A DNA stretch of 62,800 nt, filler included, from Bipalium vagum (lineage: Eukaryota): the NCBI GenBank assembly GCA_037834085.1. It is 3 parts of 3 records of this genome, joined end to end, with 100 filler letters (N's around TTAATTAATTAA, not from the genome) between each part and the next. Parts side by side here need not be neighbours in the genome. Positions count along the whole stretch, not along the records: positions 1 to 20,254 come from JBBMKC010257049.1; 2 more parts are not named here. One strand, 5' to 3'. The notes beneath the pieces were generated by a model. That model saw only the letters and a list, made by a program, of their open reading frames with translations, searched no databases and had not been told where the DNA came from. The translations under genes and the position numbers were made by a program. Shown piece after piece: positions 1 through 14,060 of the stretch; positions within the stretch are counted from its first letter, which is position 1; each line of letters begins with the position of its first letter.

Positions 1-261
1 ATTATCTTTTCGTGTCTAGTCACCCATTCCGGTCGTTTTTCATTCAAAGCTTGCTTCAAACGAATTAATTGTGATCGGTAAAGTTCACCAGTTAGTGTTT
101 GAGAAGATTTTTAAAATTCATAATAGATCACTCCTTTCTGATCCCAACAGATACACAACATAACTTTCAAACCGTGAACATTTTGTTTCGGTGTTGATGG
201 ATCGGGTTCACCTGGCATCACCCAAGCTGCTTTGCGTTTTTGATTATCATAACGGTAATAC
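1..261 (-). mobile_element. mariner transposase relic (Mos1/mauritiana-like), central region, truncated by window edge
   Basis: Minus-strand translation YDNQKRKAAWVMPGEPDPSTPKQNVHGLKVMLCICWDQKGVIYYEF*KSSQTLTGELYRSQLIRLKQALNEKRPEWVTRHEKII matches the mariner catalytic region (YDN..RK..W...G.P...PK...HG.KVMLC.WWD..GV.YYE); in-frame stop. Confidence 0.9.
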
Positions 262-830
262 TTATTTTTTCATTCAAATATAGTTTTATCATCAAAACAA
301 TGACAGAAGGATGGATACTTTCATTTTTAAAAAGTTGTTTTAAAATGAACAATAAAACGAATAGAACGCACAGATTAATAAATAAATTAACTTTTGATAA
401 ACAGATTGAGACAAGTAAATATATCTTCATGAAAGGAAACATATCAACTGAAGGTGAAAATGAAGATGATCTTCAGGATATAAAAATTAATGAAATAAAA
501 TTTGACTTGGAGAATCAAGAAGAAAAGATTTCTCAGTTAGAATCATTAAATGCATACAAATGTTCGATAAAATATTTGAAACAATAATTTAAAGATAATT
601 GATCAAGAATCAAAGGATTCTTTAATTCAAAGAGAACTTGTTTTAAAAATAGATAAAAATAACAAACCACGTTATTGGATTATTTTAAATAAATATTTAT
701 GATTGATTATTATGTAGAAGACAAATAAATTACCGATTGTATATAACATTGAGTTTATGATTTTATAATTTCACGATTTTTAATTCCACAACAAAAAAAT
801 GTTTATCTTTCCGATCTCAAAATTGTGAAT
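262..830 (+). mobile_element. pogo/Tigger-like transposase C-terminal relic
   Basis: Acidic tail (ORF 240..587, EGENEDDLQD...EALNAYK-like helix) followed after stops by QTTLLDYFK* at 663-692, the PIP-box-like terminus typical of pogo/Tigger transposases. Confidence 0.55.
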
Positions 831-2939
831 TTATAGATGAATGATTATTTATTTATATTTACAGTTTAATATATTAAAAGCATTATTATCGAAAAAATTG
901 ATTGATTAATAAATCTTTGAAATAATAAAACAAATTCATTCAGAAGACCATAAGTTATTGCTAATCTTGAAAAATTGTTGACCAAAATGAAAAGGGTAGA
1001 ATCTGATACGGTACAATCGAAGGATTATGTTAAGTTTTCGTTGTAAAACTAAACCAGAAAATGGTGGGGCAAGTTTTTTGAACAAAGCACGTTTGATAGG
1101 AAGCAGAGTTCTAGAAGACTTTATTTATTAAGAGCCACGGCAACAGTATAAATAGATATTTAAAAAAATCCCGCATCTTCGAAATCTTCTGGGTTAAACA
1201 TTAATGAATTAGGAATTTTTCATTGCTTAAAAAAGTGATACAAAATGTCTGATTAAGAATCATGATTTGTTGTGAACCAATTTACAAGCAGGAATTAGGT
1301 CAAATGAGAAACAATTATTTCTCTCTTCGACACGCAGTTTTGAACAGTTAACCAGAAAATTACTTCAATTAGGAGCGGCTGTCAATATTACTCATAAATG
1401 ATCAATATTTGAAAAATACAAATTTTCTTGGTTTTGAATTTTTTAAAAATTAAATTTTTATCTGATAGATAATAATAAAAAGAAAGAAAAATATTGATTA
1501 AAATATTAAAAAATTGAGATAATTTATATATCAAGAGAAATATATAAATAAAATTATATGAAAATCGAAAATCGCTAACATATTGATAATTTAAAGTCTC
1601 ATACAATAAATGTCCGTATTTTATTAAAAAAATATGAAAAAACAAAGTATAGATAAATAAAAGACGTACTAAGATCATTAAATTGCAAACGAGTCTTCAG
1701 ATTAGCAGTAGCTGTACAAAAAGATAAAAGGCACAGTATTAAAAAATAGGTTTTTGGAAAGCAGAACAAATAAAATACAACCAGCCAAACATAAACAGAC
1801 TTCTTAGAGGAAGATCATTGTGGAAGCAGTTTATTACTTTTTTGCTTTGAAGTTTTCATTCAAAATAACCAATGTTCTTTTAAAAAGAGTAGCAAAAAAT
1901 TTCCTTTGTAAACAAGTTCATAATCTTTTTGGCGGTCACAGTGACGATAAGCAGACTATTAATTAAAATTATAATAAAACTGTTTTTCATCTTAAAACGA
2001 AACGTTCTCAAAGTTACGAACGCTTCATACGTATTTAAATGCCAAATAAATACAGAGGTTTGATCAAGATCAAATAACTCAAATTTTTTAAAACCTTTTC
2101 CTTGTTATTATTTTATATATATATATATATATTTTATTTTCGTGATTCTCCCACTAAGTAGGACTATTGACGCAAAATGGAAAGGGCTTAATTTTTTCAA
2201 CATTTATAGTAAATTATATTTAACAAGAACTATTTGTTGTAAGTACCGTCATATATTTACATTTTCATTGATCTTTTAAAATCATAATTAGTTTTTTGTG
2301 GAACACGTCTAATATAAAAACATTGACCTTTAATTATGCTACACATACGTTTTGTGCCAAATATCTCACTTTATAAACTTAATATACCCAAAATTGGCTG
2401 CGTAACATTCTTATTGATGAAATCAGAAAATTTTTAAGTAAAACAATTTTATTCGTTAATTCATTAAAAAATTACATTAATTTATCTTAAAAGTAAATGG
2501 ATCAGTTGCATTATGCGTACCATATCATTGTTTAAATAATTCAAGGTTATTGCTGTTAGTGAAAATAAAAAATTGTCACGAACTTTCTTTTTAAAAGATT
2601 TAATGTAAATTTTGAATTTTTACAATGTTTAATGAATATAATAACACTATCGAAACTAATTTGTAAAAATAGTTATTTAATTTTAAATTGAATGTCGATT
2701 AAACAGATTGTTTTAAACAAACCGAATTGTGGTAAGTATAATGCAACTGATCCAAATAAACTATTAAACGAAACCCGGACGATGCTTTTTTACCTATTGC
2801 AATCTTGCCTATTATACACATTGGGTGATGAGCGGGTCATTTTTGACACATTGCATAAATTAAACAATAATTCAATATGTGCAACCAGTACGATGAAATT
2901 ATAAATCTAACGACTGGAGATTCAATATGTTGAGCTCAA

Positions 2940-3480
2940 TAATGTTACTCAACAATGCGATATCATAAAATGTTGATATAAGTATGTTTTTTATTATTTC
3001 ATATATACATTTATAGATCAGGTCTTTTCATATTTCGAGCCAAACTAATAGAGAATATAAAAAATATTTTGATAGCACTCCTATCTTATTAGGTGGTCCA
3101 AATAAAGTAGTTCAGATTGACGAAACGAAGTTAAATCACAAGGCTAGAGCTCATTGAGCAAGTTGCCCATCTAAGCAGATTACAGTTAAAAGTCTGCAAA
3201 ATTTGAACCAAAAATTATATCTTTCCAACCATATACAGAATAGTTAGACAAGGCAAGAGTATATCATGACTTAAACAAAAAAAGGATATTTGAATCGGTT
3301 TGTCATAAATATCAGTTTGTTGATTATGACCGCAATGTCTACATTCAGAATGTCGAAAGCTGCAACAACAAAATCAAAGAAAGGCTGAAAAATCTTAGCC
3401 TCATATTTTTCTATTAAACGTTTGGGAAAAGAACAATCAAAAGAAATCAATATTTTGAAAAATCATTAATTAATTAGAGT
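2940..3480 (+). mobile_element. Merlin (IS1595/ISXO2-like) transposase relic
   Basis: LGGPNKVVQIDETKLNHKARAH*A (from about 3088) and SVCHKYQFVDYDRNVYIQNVESCNNKIKERLK (about 3294-3390) are the Merlin DDE blocks (GG....V.IDE, VCH...FV....V.TQ.VES); stops and deletions present. Confidence 0.8.
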
Positions 3481-4193
3481 AATATATTTTTTATACCATC
3501 AAATTATATAAAAATTAAAATTAAAAAAGTTTTAAAAAAAGCAACACTCGCTCAGCGAAAATTAATTTTAAAGACAAAAAATGAATCAGGAAGGAATTTT
3601 CTAAATAATAATTTCACTATAAATCAATATTGATGTAAATAAAATAATCAATATTTCTATGCTGAACAATGAAAATTTCATTAGGCACCTTTCATAAAAT
3701 ATTTATTTGTTCATTTTTCTCAGGCCCAAATATCACTTTTGCATTAAATATTAATGTCAAAATAATTAAAAGATGAAAGTTTTAAAAATTAATTAAAATA
3801 ATAATTTTAAATTAAATTTCTAAAATAAAACATGAAATCTAGAAATAATTAATCTTTTTAAAAATATGACTACATATTTTTTAGATCAATATTTGAAATT
3901 CGATATTTTCCATTTTTTTAATTTTAAAAAATTTTATTGAAAATGATTTTTACAATGATAACCGACAGACACGATAACTCAGAATTAATTTTAATACTTT
4001 TTTTCGAGTTAAATAATTTTTAATCATTAAAGTTAAGTTTAAATAATTATTAAATCTATTATTTATATAATAATAACTTTTTTCATATTTATATGCGTTG
4101 TTCTTATCTTATTTTAAGTTTTTAATTAAAATTAATTAAACTTTTAGAAATATCAATTATCAGCTCGACATAAAATAAGTTATCATTAAAAAG

Positions 4194-4227
<34 letters not shown>

Positions 4228-4339
4228 TATTTTATTTATTTTATTTTTTATTAATTAAATTTTCTTTTAATAAAAAATTAATCAATATAATTTCATAAAC
4301 ATTAGTTAATAATCATCGTAGAAAAGATTGAATAAATAC

Positions 4340-4574
4340 CTCAAATTTGGCTTTCAGGTCGGCCACCGAGGCAACATTCAAGTCGTCCGCTACTGGGATG
4401 GAATAGAACTCACCTTCTTCTATAGACAGCAGCTTGAACCAACTGTCCACAGGTTGTTTGACAAGTTCACTGATTCCAAAGGACAGCGATCCCATAAAAT
4501 CATTTCTCGACGTTCGATCCCAATCCCAGACTTCAACTGACATTCTTTTGGCAAAATCTTCTTTAGAAATTGTG
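4340..4574 (-). CDS. PKC: conventional protein kinase C (alpha/beta-like), second C2-domain exon plus hinge
   Basis: Acceptor tatatag| at 4576/4575, donor GAG|gtattt at 4339; 235 nt, phase 2 to 0; encodes [61 protein letters not shown], the cPKC C2 signature; joins in frame with exon 7668-7821. Confidence 0.97.
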
Positions 4575-5404
4575 CTATATATTAAAACGAAAATATTTTA
4601 ATTATGAAAATAATTAATTATAATAAAGATTTTTAAAGTTTGTGGGAAAAAATAAATAAATAAATTTTATTTATTTATTTATTTATTTTTTATTATTATT
4701 ATTATTATATTTTAAAAATTTAAAAATTTCAAGTCACTTTAAATATTGATCGTTTTATTATTTATTAAACAATAAATAAGCCGTCAGCGATATTATAATA
4801 AACTTTTATAAGGAAAAATTATTATTTAAATCACAAAATTCACCATTGTGATTTATTAATAAATATGGCAATATTTTCTATACATCTAATAATGTTATCG
4901 CCATATTAACACAAATATTTTATTTATTTATATTAAAATTGAAAAATTCATTGTATAACAACAACTCCTTATATCATCATCAAAAACAAAATTTATTATA
5001 TTTAACATTACTCAAATTCTGAAATGAAATAAGCCGATTTTTTTAATTATTGCTGTTTTATTTTTTATTTAATAATTATATAAAATTTTTCTATTTTGTT
5101 AAGAATTTTCTAAAATCCAAAACACATTTTCACATTCAGAACAGACAAAACAATTTTCTCCCAATATAAACAAAGTATTCGAAATCAATTTATTTATATT
5201 ATTTATTTGATAAAATACATATTTAGGTGAAATTTACAAATGTAACATTTATCTGTGTCAAAGAATGATCGTGAAGTTAAGAAATAATTTTAATTTGTTT
5301 AAATTCCTTCTTTTCATTGTTTTTTAATTATTTTCAAATAATAAATTAATGTGCCTTTTAATTGATTTAAAATTATAATTTAAAAAAATTATAAAGGAAA
5401 TTAA

Positions 5405-5915
5405 TTCTGTCTCAAAAAATGTACCACTTTTTAAAAATAAATACTCTCAATTGAAATCGCTTTAAAAGGGATATTCCCGGATTGGTATGCTTTATCAGAA
5501 GAGGATCTAGACAGGAGAAGCGAATTTTATGAATGGTACTTGGAAAAATAAAATGATGATTTACATTTCATAAGACATATTGCTTGGAGAGTTGAAGTCA
5601 GTTTTGAATTAAATTGTTCTATCAATCCCCATAATATTACTTATTGACCTACTAGACATCCAGATATTACCCATCAACTTAGTGTCAACTTACCAGGAAT
5701 GATAGTGTGGTGTGGCCTATCAAATTACCGAGTAATTCGACCTTTACTTCGACAATACATTAACGGGTGCCAATTACTTAAATCTGTTGCAAGAATTTAT
5801 TATGTCAAGAATTAAAAAGACTTTAGAGATAAGGATTTTTATTTCTAACAAGATGCTGCACCGCACATTATCATCGTGAAGTGAGAGAATATCTTGACAA
5901 TAACTTGAACAATAT
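5405..5915 (+). mobile_element. Tc1/mariner superfamily relic, rosa/DD41D-like
   Basis: Frameshifted translation ALSEEDLDRRSEFYEWYL...HPDITHQLSVNLPGMIVWCGLS...TLTGANYLNLLQ...DFYF*QDAAP.HYHREVREYLDNNL; lies in the PKC intron. Confidence 0.75.
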
Positions 5916-6883
5916 TTGGTTTTGAAGTAGATGTTCAAAGGATTAAACTTTTCACTAATAAAACCTGCTCTCTGGCAAAACATGGGCAGAAATTCCATTA
6001 TGCTCATAAGTCCCTCCATTTTGTATTAATATGGTTTTCAAAGCTATTCCATGAACTTGATACTGCACACCTTCCAGTCTGGATAATTACAAATAATTAT
6101 ATCAAAATGTTAATTTGTCTTCGTTAGTTTAATATTATTTAATCTTAGAGTCCACAGGAATAGATCTTCCTCTACGTAAAACATCTCATTTTTCCCAGTA
6201 TTCCAACTTTCGAAAGAATTTCAGAATGTTTCTCTTTGCACTTATTAATTAAATTAATTCCTTGCGCCATCCACATAAGTGAGCGGGGAAAATATTGAGA
6301 CTGGTACATCGGGGATGTCAACACATTTGTCAAAATTCCAGCCACACAGCTCCAGCAAGTTCCTGTGACATGAACAATGGAAGCAGTGATTGAGAGCCAA
6401 TTACTGAAATTAGCGCTCAAAGTGTTACGTGACGGTGAAACATTCAAAAGCAAATCATTTTGTCCACAAGGCAAAGGGAATATGAGAAAGATCATAATCG
6501 AAAATTACTGATCGGCAAAAATTACCATAATTTTTCAAAAATTATTTCAGCGAAGTTTTATCCCTAATCAGAAACATTTGATTTCATTAATTTCGTTTTC
6601 GGTTTCAACGACAACCACCAGCCTATTATCTTGGGGATATTGAAAGAGTAGGGCGAATGCAATCTTTGCAATCTCTCTATTCTCCGTTTCTAAATTAAAG
6701 AAGATCTTATCGGAAATGTAAAAAAGAGCGAACATTTTTCAGTAGTAAAGAATTTTATAATTGACTTTCTTTTTTAAAATTTCTAACCCAACATATGTGG
6801 CAGATTTTCTGTTAGGAATTATTGCGAAATAATTAAAACACATTGAAATATTGAATAAAATAAAAAAATATATTAATATTATT

Positions 6884-6914
<31 letters not shown>

Positions 6915-6921
6915 TTATTAA

Positions 6922-7200
6922 TACAGAGGGTTTCAAAATAAATCAGACTCGTCTTTTCTTTATACTTTTATTAAAATAACAAATAAAAAAAGTAACAATA
7001 AATAACATTTAAGTATGTTTGTGGGTACAATATATGGAAGTTGTTTCAAAGTGACCACCTTGAGTGTCGATACAAAGCTGTAAACTTTTCCTGAAATTTT
7101 CGGCTAAGTATCTCTTAATGAAATTTGACTCCACTCCTGGCGCAAGATTGCTTAAGTGACATCAAACTATTGTGTGGTCAACTACAGGCTCTAACCTCTA
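6922..7200 (-). mobile_element. 3' end of a Tc1/mariner (rosa-like) element with terminal inverted repeat
   Basis: TA-CAGAGGGTTTCAAAAT terminus at 6922; minus translation ENFRKSLQLCIDTQGGHFE is the typical transposase C-terminus. Confidence 0.65.
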
Positions 7201-7667
7201 ATATTGACCATATGATGTAGTCCATCTAATTGTTTTCTAAATCAGTTGAGTATGTAAATGCAAATATCTCAATAATAATCTAAATAAATTACTTCTAACT
7301 AAGCTTCTTCAAAATAAATTTCTAAAAAAAATTAGTAAATTACAAATTGGTCTTGGAAAAAACCCGGAAAAACAAACCTGGAGAATACTAAAATTCAACC
7401 AATAATAATAGCTTATTATTACTAATTATTCTTTATTTTTATATTCATTATTTCATAAAAATATAAAATATTCATGATTATTTTTACTGTTATCACTGAA
7501 ATTGTTCATCAATATTAATAATAAAATATTATTACTAGATTTCCATCAAAATAATAATAATTATTATTATTATTTATAAATTAATTTTTGATAATTACCA
7601 TGTGTTTGCTATTATATTTAATTGATAAACGCAGATTCGATAAGCATAATTGACAAATTTAACTTAC

Positions 7668-7821
7668 AAAATAAATTTTTCATTCCAAATCGGATTTAAT
7701 GTTGCTTTAATTGTTTTCGTTTTTTGTTTACGACTTTGATCCTCGGGAACAATTTTGATCTTTACATATGGATCAGCGAGACCATTTGGATCCATTGGCA
7801 CTAGGTTTCTAGCTTCCAATA
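7668..7821 (-). CDS. PKC: conventional protein kinase C, first C2-domain exon (missed by the ORF track)
   Basis: Acceptor ctacatcag|, donor |gtaagt; 154 nt, phase 1 to 2; [50 protein letters not shown]. With the next exon all five Ca2+-ligating Asp (MDPN, ADPY, WDWD x2, NDF) are intact. C1 and kinase exons were not found in the window. Confidence 0.97.
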
Positions 7822-8395
7822 CTGATGTAGAAAATATATGACATTATTTATATATAATAAATAAATATTTATTGATAAAGGGGAAAGAAATTATTGATTG
7901 TTTAGGAAACAGCAAAATAATTCTAATTTTTACAAATTTAAAAAAAATTTTCATTTTTTCGCAATATTATTAATTCAGATGAAGCAATATAAAAAGTTCG
8001 TTATACTACATATCTTAATTAGGCTTAAATAGCATTCAATAAATAGTAAAACTTGTTTGTTTTAATAATCAATATAAATTTTTATTAAAAAAAAAGCTCA
8101 TTTAAGATTTTGTGAAATATTGATTTTAAATAGATTATTTGGAGAAGTGATTATTAAATACATAAATATTTACCAATTTTGTGAAAAAATTTATTTTAAT
8201 TGTTTACTTATTTAATGATACTTATTTTCTTATAAAAGTTTATAACGAAAATCAAATCTGGTAATATTATTTTTTGAAAAAGATATTGTATAATTTTATA
8301 AAAAATGCGCCTTTGTAGTCTCTGTAATATTTAAAATGAAAAAGACAAAACGATAATTTCAAAAACTCTTCTTTATTCTTTTAGTATATAAATTA

Positions 8396-9605
8396 TATGC
8401 ATAATGTGGATAAAAAGTCCTTGGAGTGAAACATTAATAAAAATAAGATATTCGTGAAATTCACTACATAAAACAATAAATAGATAGTATAAGCAAATAT
8501 TATTTAATCTTTTTTAAATAGTAACCGTTTAATGGACTCATTTACGACGCTTTCTTTAAAAATGTGCCAGTAAGTTGAATGACAAATTGTTATTCGTTAT
8601 TTGCTTCTGAGGAGGACAAAAAACACATGAAAATATATGGAAGTGAAGCTCCATGCAAGACCACTATTTATAATTGGATCAGAGAGTTTGCTTTTGACAG
8701 CAACAATGTGTTTGATGAATTAAAACGTGGAAAACGATTTGAAATCGGCTAAGTGATATTCAAAAAATTAAAAAATATTGTGAAAGATAAGAGTCTATGA
8801 GAGTTAATTTAAGCCAGAAGACAACACAACATATTGGAGAACAATGGAATCAGAAAATTATCCGTCGATTTGTCCAATGTTTTTTGATATCAGATATGAA
8901 AGAGAAGCAAATAAAAGTGAGGCAACAAAATTTTGCCCTATTCCATGCTGTTTGACAGAAATTTTTGAGGAATATTGACTTAGTGTGACACGATTATCCT
9001 GAATGGGTTTTTCCAGAGGTATGGCCACCAAAAATGCTACGATCAAAAGTATAAAATCGAAAAAGTCTCGCGCTTAATGTGTTTTATGATGTAAAAGGTG
9101 TGATCAAGATCGACTTTACTTTGGAAATCATAGACTCTAACTACTACTTCACACTTAATACTGCTATTAGAAAGTTACGACGAAACCCAAAGAATCAAGA
9201 CATATATCTTCTGTATGTTAGCACGCAGAGCTCACTGATACATGCGTGTAATAGCTGAAAATGTTTCATGCTGGTTTCACACCCACCGCATAGGTTTGAT
9301 TTGGCTTCCAGTAATTTCTTGTTGATTAATCGCTAGTAAAAAAATTTTATGATGACAGAAAATAGAATCCAAAGATGGTCTTATAAAACTAGTGCAACAT
9401 GTTTTCAATAAGAAGGATCCATCTTTCTTCGAAAATGGTCTTTTTCAATTGTTAATTAGATGGATAAGGTTCCTGGAAGCAGCAGGTGACAAAAATGATT
9501 CTGTATTTTTACCTACATTTATATTTCATTTTTTGTCAATAGAATTTCATCTTAGTATCACTCGTATTTCTGTACCGGTCTAAGGACTTTTATCCATATC
9601 AAGTA
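8396..9605 (+). mobile_element. near full-length decayed mariner (about 1.2 kb)
   Basis: Imperfect TIRs TGGATAAAAAGTCCTT (8407-8422) and AAGGACTTTTATCCA (9582-9596); IYGSEAPCKTTIYNWIREF helix-turn-helix; HPPHRFDLASSNF (degenerate YSPDL); FFENGLFQLLIRWIRFLEAAGD C-terminus. Confidence 0.8.
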
Positions 9606-10147
9606 TGAAACACTAAAATAAAATGTTGATATTATTGACCATTCGAAACAAAATGGTATTTCTCAAAAAAATCTTTCGAATTATTTAAAAAATTACTTTT
9701 TAATTATTATTATTATTTATTTACTTATTTTTACTTTTTAAATTTCCATTAACATTTTAAATCTTTTATTATTATTTTATAATATTTTAATATATTTTAT
9801 TAGTCAATATTGTTCTAATAAAAAGAGGAAGAATTGATTTAATGGAAATAGCAATAAAGTTTATTAAGCTTAATTTTCCCTCTATGCCATGCACAAAACG
9901 AATCTATCGAATTTCAAAACGTAAAAAACAGTAATTTAAGAAAATCGCAAACCGGGATGAATAAAAAATTATTTTTTGAAATTGAATATCATTAATTTAG
10001 CTGGAAATCTTTTTGTAGAATATTCTGAACATTGGAAACGTTATGAAAGGTTTTTTTGTATTTGACACTGTTTTCGAGACACCCTCTATGAGGAAATATT
10101 GTCAAATGAATGATTACCTATTTAAGCATGAAACTGAATTGACAAAA

Positions 10148-10164
10148 TTATTATTATATTATAA

Positions 10165-10224
<60 letters not shown>

Positions 10225-10246
10225 GTTATTATTATTATTATTATTA
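10148..10246. repeat. (TAT)n microsatellite
   Basis: About 30 TAT units; explains the poly-Leu ORF 10043..10270. Confidence 0.95.
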
Positions 10247-10464
10247 AAGAAAAAATTTTTACAAAAATAATCAATAATAAACGCTAACTTTATATTTTGT
10301 CTGTAGTACAGGTTTGTGATGATTTATAATTTTTACTTATGATTATTTAATAATATTTATAATTTATTCTTCTGTTATTTTTTATTCATATCACTTTAAC
10401 ACCTTTGATTAAGCCATTATTAATATGCTTATATTTTTTCAATATTTTGGTTTCATTTAAATAT

Positions 10465-11015
10465 TATGAGGTTGTTCAGAAATTTTTAAAAGTGTTTTGT
10501 TTATATACATTAAAATTGTAAATAATTGAAATAACGTGTTTAAAGATTATTTAATGTTATATATGTAAAGCCTATGTGTTGCTCTCTTAAATGTATTCAT
10601 CTGTTTTACTTTTAAATTATAATATAACTATCTTTTTCCCATTTAAATGTAGGATGTCGTGTTGCAATTTGTGCAAAATGTATTTTTATAAGTTTCGACT
10701 CGGTCCAAAAGCAGTTGAAACTGCTCGAAAAAAAATTAAGTTTGGGACCATGGTACTGTTAATCAATCAACAACATGACGTTGGTACCAGAAGTTCCGTA
10801 CTGGAAATTTATCTCTTGTAGGTGTGGAACGAATTGGTAGTTCTTCCAAGGTTGATGACAAGGATTTAAAGGCTCTAGTGGAAGAAGATACGCGAACAAC
10901 AATAAAAAGAACTTGCCAAAAATCTAGATGTTACTATTGGAATCTCTTTCAGTCATATGAAAAAAATTGATAAAATAAATAAGCTAAAAACAAAATGAAC
11001 CTTTCTGGACAACCT
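10465..11015 (+). mobile_element. mariner 5' relic (cecropia-like)
   Basis: TIR-like TATGAGGTTGTTCAG; MYFYKFRLGPKAVETARK...WYQKFRTGNLSL...VDDKDLKALVEEDTRTT across frameshifts. Confidence 0.8.
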
Positions 11016-12039
11016 AATGTCATTTTTATTAATTTGAATATTTATTGCGATAATTTAATTTCAGTGTTAATAAATTATAATAAATTCGTTAGATTAATAA
11101 AATTATGTACAAAAAGAATGACAGTGGTCTCAAATTAAGGTTCGATACATTTTTCCCACGTTGATATTTTAGTATTTAATAGAAGAATTATAATGCTTTA
11201 TCCCCAGGGGTTATTAATTTAATGGCTTTAGTAATAGTAACAAAACAGACTACATAATAGTTAATTTGACCACAATTAAAGTAAATTCTATCAATATGAG
11301 TACAGGAATGTTATGAAAACAATTTGGAATGAAAGATGGTTGAGAAACATATAAGTAATGTGAAGTATAGAGATTTTATAGAAATAATGAAGAAACGACT
11401 TATTTGGGTGTGGTATCGTCTTGTAAAATGAATGCAAAATTTCCACACATCAGCATTATATACCTATCTATATACATATATGTATACATTATATTTACGA
11501 AGATTATTTCTATCAATAATATCAGGAAAGCAAATGAGGATGTATGTCATCAAAGTCATTACTTCATTGCTTGACGATATATATATTTAACAGCTCTGAC
11601 AGTGGAGAATAATAAGCTTCATAAAGTCAAAGATATTTCTTTATCGGGATATGCAACAGAAAATTATTCATTCTTTTCTTTTCAGTAAAAACAATGAATA
11701 ATGAAATGAGATGAAATAGTTTGGTTAGAATTTTCAATTAAAATATAAATAAATAAAAGTATGTTTGAACAATGAAGATCGAAATATTTGAATACAAAGA
11801 ATTTCACTGAGAACTTTTATCAAAAAAATCAATTTATTATATTTTTTTATTAATTACTCCGAAACAATATACAAAACAGGGTAAAATAATAATTTTCTTT
11901 TTTCTTATTATATTTATTTATATTATAATATGTCAATTTGAATATTTTGTTTATTAAAACATGTATTATACATTATTATCTTAATTACTTATTATTATTA
12001 TATTATTTTTTATTATTATTATATGTAGTATATATGTAG

Positions 12040-13175
12040 TATTAGGTGCTCTAAAAATTATTTTTTTGACTTGTTTTATTTGAATTACAGACAACATATC
12101 AATTTAAGGTTCATTGTTAATAAATCTATTGGTAAAATAAAATCCATAACATAAGCATAAAAATATTTTAATATCATTTGTAAATCCGAATTATAAGAGT
12201 TCGCAAAATATTAAAAATTAATGAAGAAATCCGATTCGTTATGAAATTTTATTTCGTGAAATGGAAAAATGAAAGTCAAAAAATATGTGATCCCTATGGG
12301 TCTTATACCTTTTTGAAAAGAATGATGCGGGATTTTGCCAAACCAAATTTAAGTTGAAAGATGCACTTCGTTCTGACCCATCAATTCCAAATAAAGATGA
12401 CGCAATCATGAGAATGATCGAGTAAAACCGTCACAAAAACAATTATGTCTTTGCTAAGGATCCAGGCATTTGTCAACAAATTTTTTGTTAGAAGAAAAAG
12501 CTTGATATTTGGGTACTTCATAATTTACATGAAAAGAATTTTTATCAGCAGAATTTCTTTTTGTGAATCTCTATTGAGAAGAAAGAAGCTTGAACCATGT
12601 CTGAAAAATATGATCACCTGAAGATAAACACTGAATCACGTGTGATAATAATATGAGAAAAGGCTCGTGATCTAATAAAGGTTAAAAACCATAAACTATT
12701 ACAAAGCCAGGACCTTTTTCAAGAAAAGTGTTTTCTATTTTCTTTTATTTGAAGGGAATCGTGTATTATCAGTTTCTGGAACCTAGTGTGACAATTTATT
12801 CTACTATCAGTAACTTAAAAGATTAAATCAAAGAATGAAAATAAGCCAGTCTAAAATACTAAACAAAAAAATCGTTGTGTTCCATCACAAAATCCGATCA
12901 CACATATCTTTAATGACTCATCAAGAATACATCATTGTACAGTGCAAATCTAGTACCGTTTGAATACAATTTGCTTCTAGGGTTCCAATGGTTTCAAGAA
13001 AAGACGATGAAAAGTGCATTGTACAGTTTTTTGATCAGAAAACTCAAAAATTCTACAGTGCTGGCATTTTTGGAATTACGAGATAAATTTCAAAAGGTTA
13101 TCGAATCAATTGAAACATTCAATAAAGCTTATTTGTTATGTAAAAAAGCTATTTTTTGTACTTGAAATTAGCAAG
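12040..13175 (+). mobile_element. decayed mariner (mellifera-like)
   Basis: TATTAGGTG terminus; EEIRFVMKFYFVK, KKKLDIWVLHNLHEKN (WVPHEL motif), KGIVYYQFL, KNFYSAGIFGL..KFQKVIES. Confidence 0.8.
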
Positions 13176-14060
13176 GATTGGGAAATTATTTTAACTTTTT
13201 ATTAATTTCTTACTTAGTTCTGTTTATATATGCTTATTAATAATAAAAAGTACAAAAAATTTCCATTATGTCTTTAAACTCATCTCTGAATTTAATCCAA
13301 ACAAATTCGACCTAATATTATTTATATTTATTTACATTTGAAAAAATTGAAATTTTATATTTTTATTTTATTTTCAGGAAAATAAAGACCTCCATGGCTT
13401 TCAGTTGCACAGACAGCGTAATTGCTTTTGTAAATATTTAATTTTGTCCTGAATTTCTTATTAAATCATGTCAGATTATCACTGTATGAAAATGTCTTCA
13501 AAGCACGTTCAAAAAAACCTAGTGAGAAATATTTTTATATTTTTTCTGAAATTGAAAAATGTCGACAATAAATAAGAACCATTAATTATATGCTACTTTA
13601 GACAGAATATATTGAAAACGATCTCCATTATAAAATTTGTTAATGTTCATGTGGATTAACATTAAATTTAACAATGAAATTGTTCAACCAATGTCTGACA
13701 GTGAAATTTCTCTTATAATTTCCTATGAATATTTCTAAGCTTTTTCAACTAAATAAGACCAATAAGATTTGCCCACCAACAAAAACTATTCCTGTTTTCA
13801 AAGAATTCGTCTGATTATATTTAATCAATATTAATAATTATTAAAAAAACGTAATTAAATTTTTTTACAAAACAAACTGTTCTGAAAAATTTAATTAAAA
13901 TGTGAATGTGGAAAATATATCAAAATTTCATCATTCTTTTACCTTTTTCAACCTTTTTACCATTTTGAACAATGGCCTTTAACATGGAAGTTCCCGGCTT
14001 ATTTTACTTTTTTATGAATAACTCTGAACTATTTTCACGTAAAAATTTTTTTATTTGGTG

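Noticed and set aside
4328-4540. Plus-strand ORF overlapping the PKC exon, and other shadow ORFs (28713..28952, 29136..29348, 31264..31551, 32732..32944, 56809..56997)
   Set aside because: Antisense or off-frame shadows of real coding sequence
10043-10270. Poly-Leu ORF (and poly-Ile ORF 6739..6936)
   Set aside because: Translation of (TAT)n microsatellite
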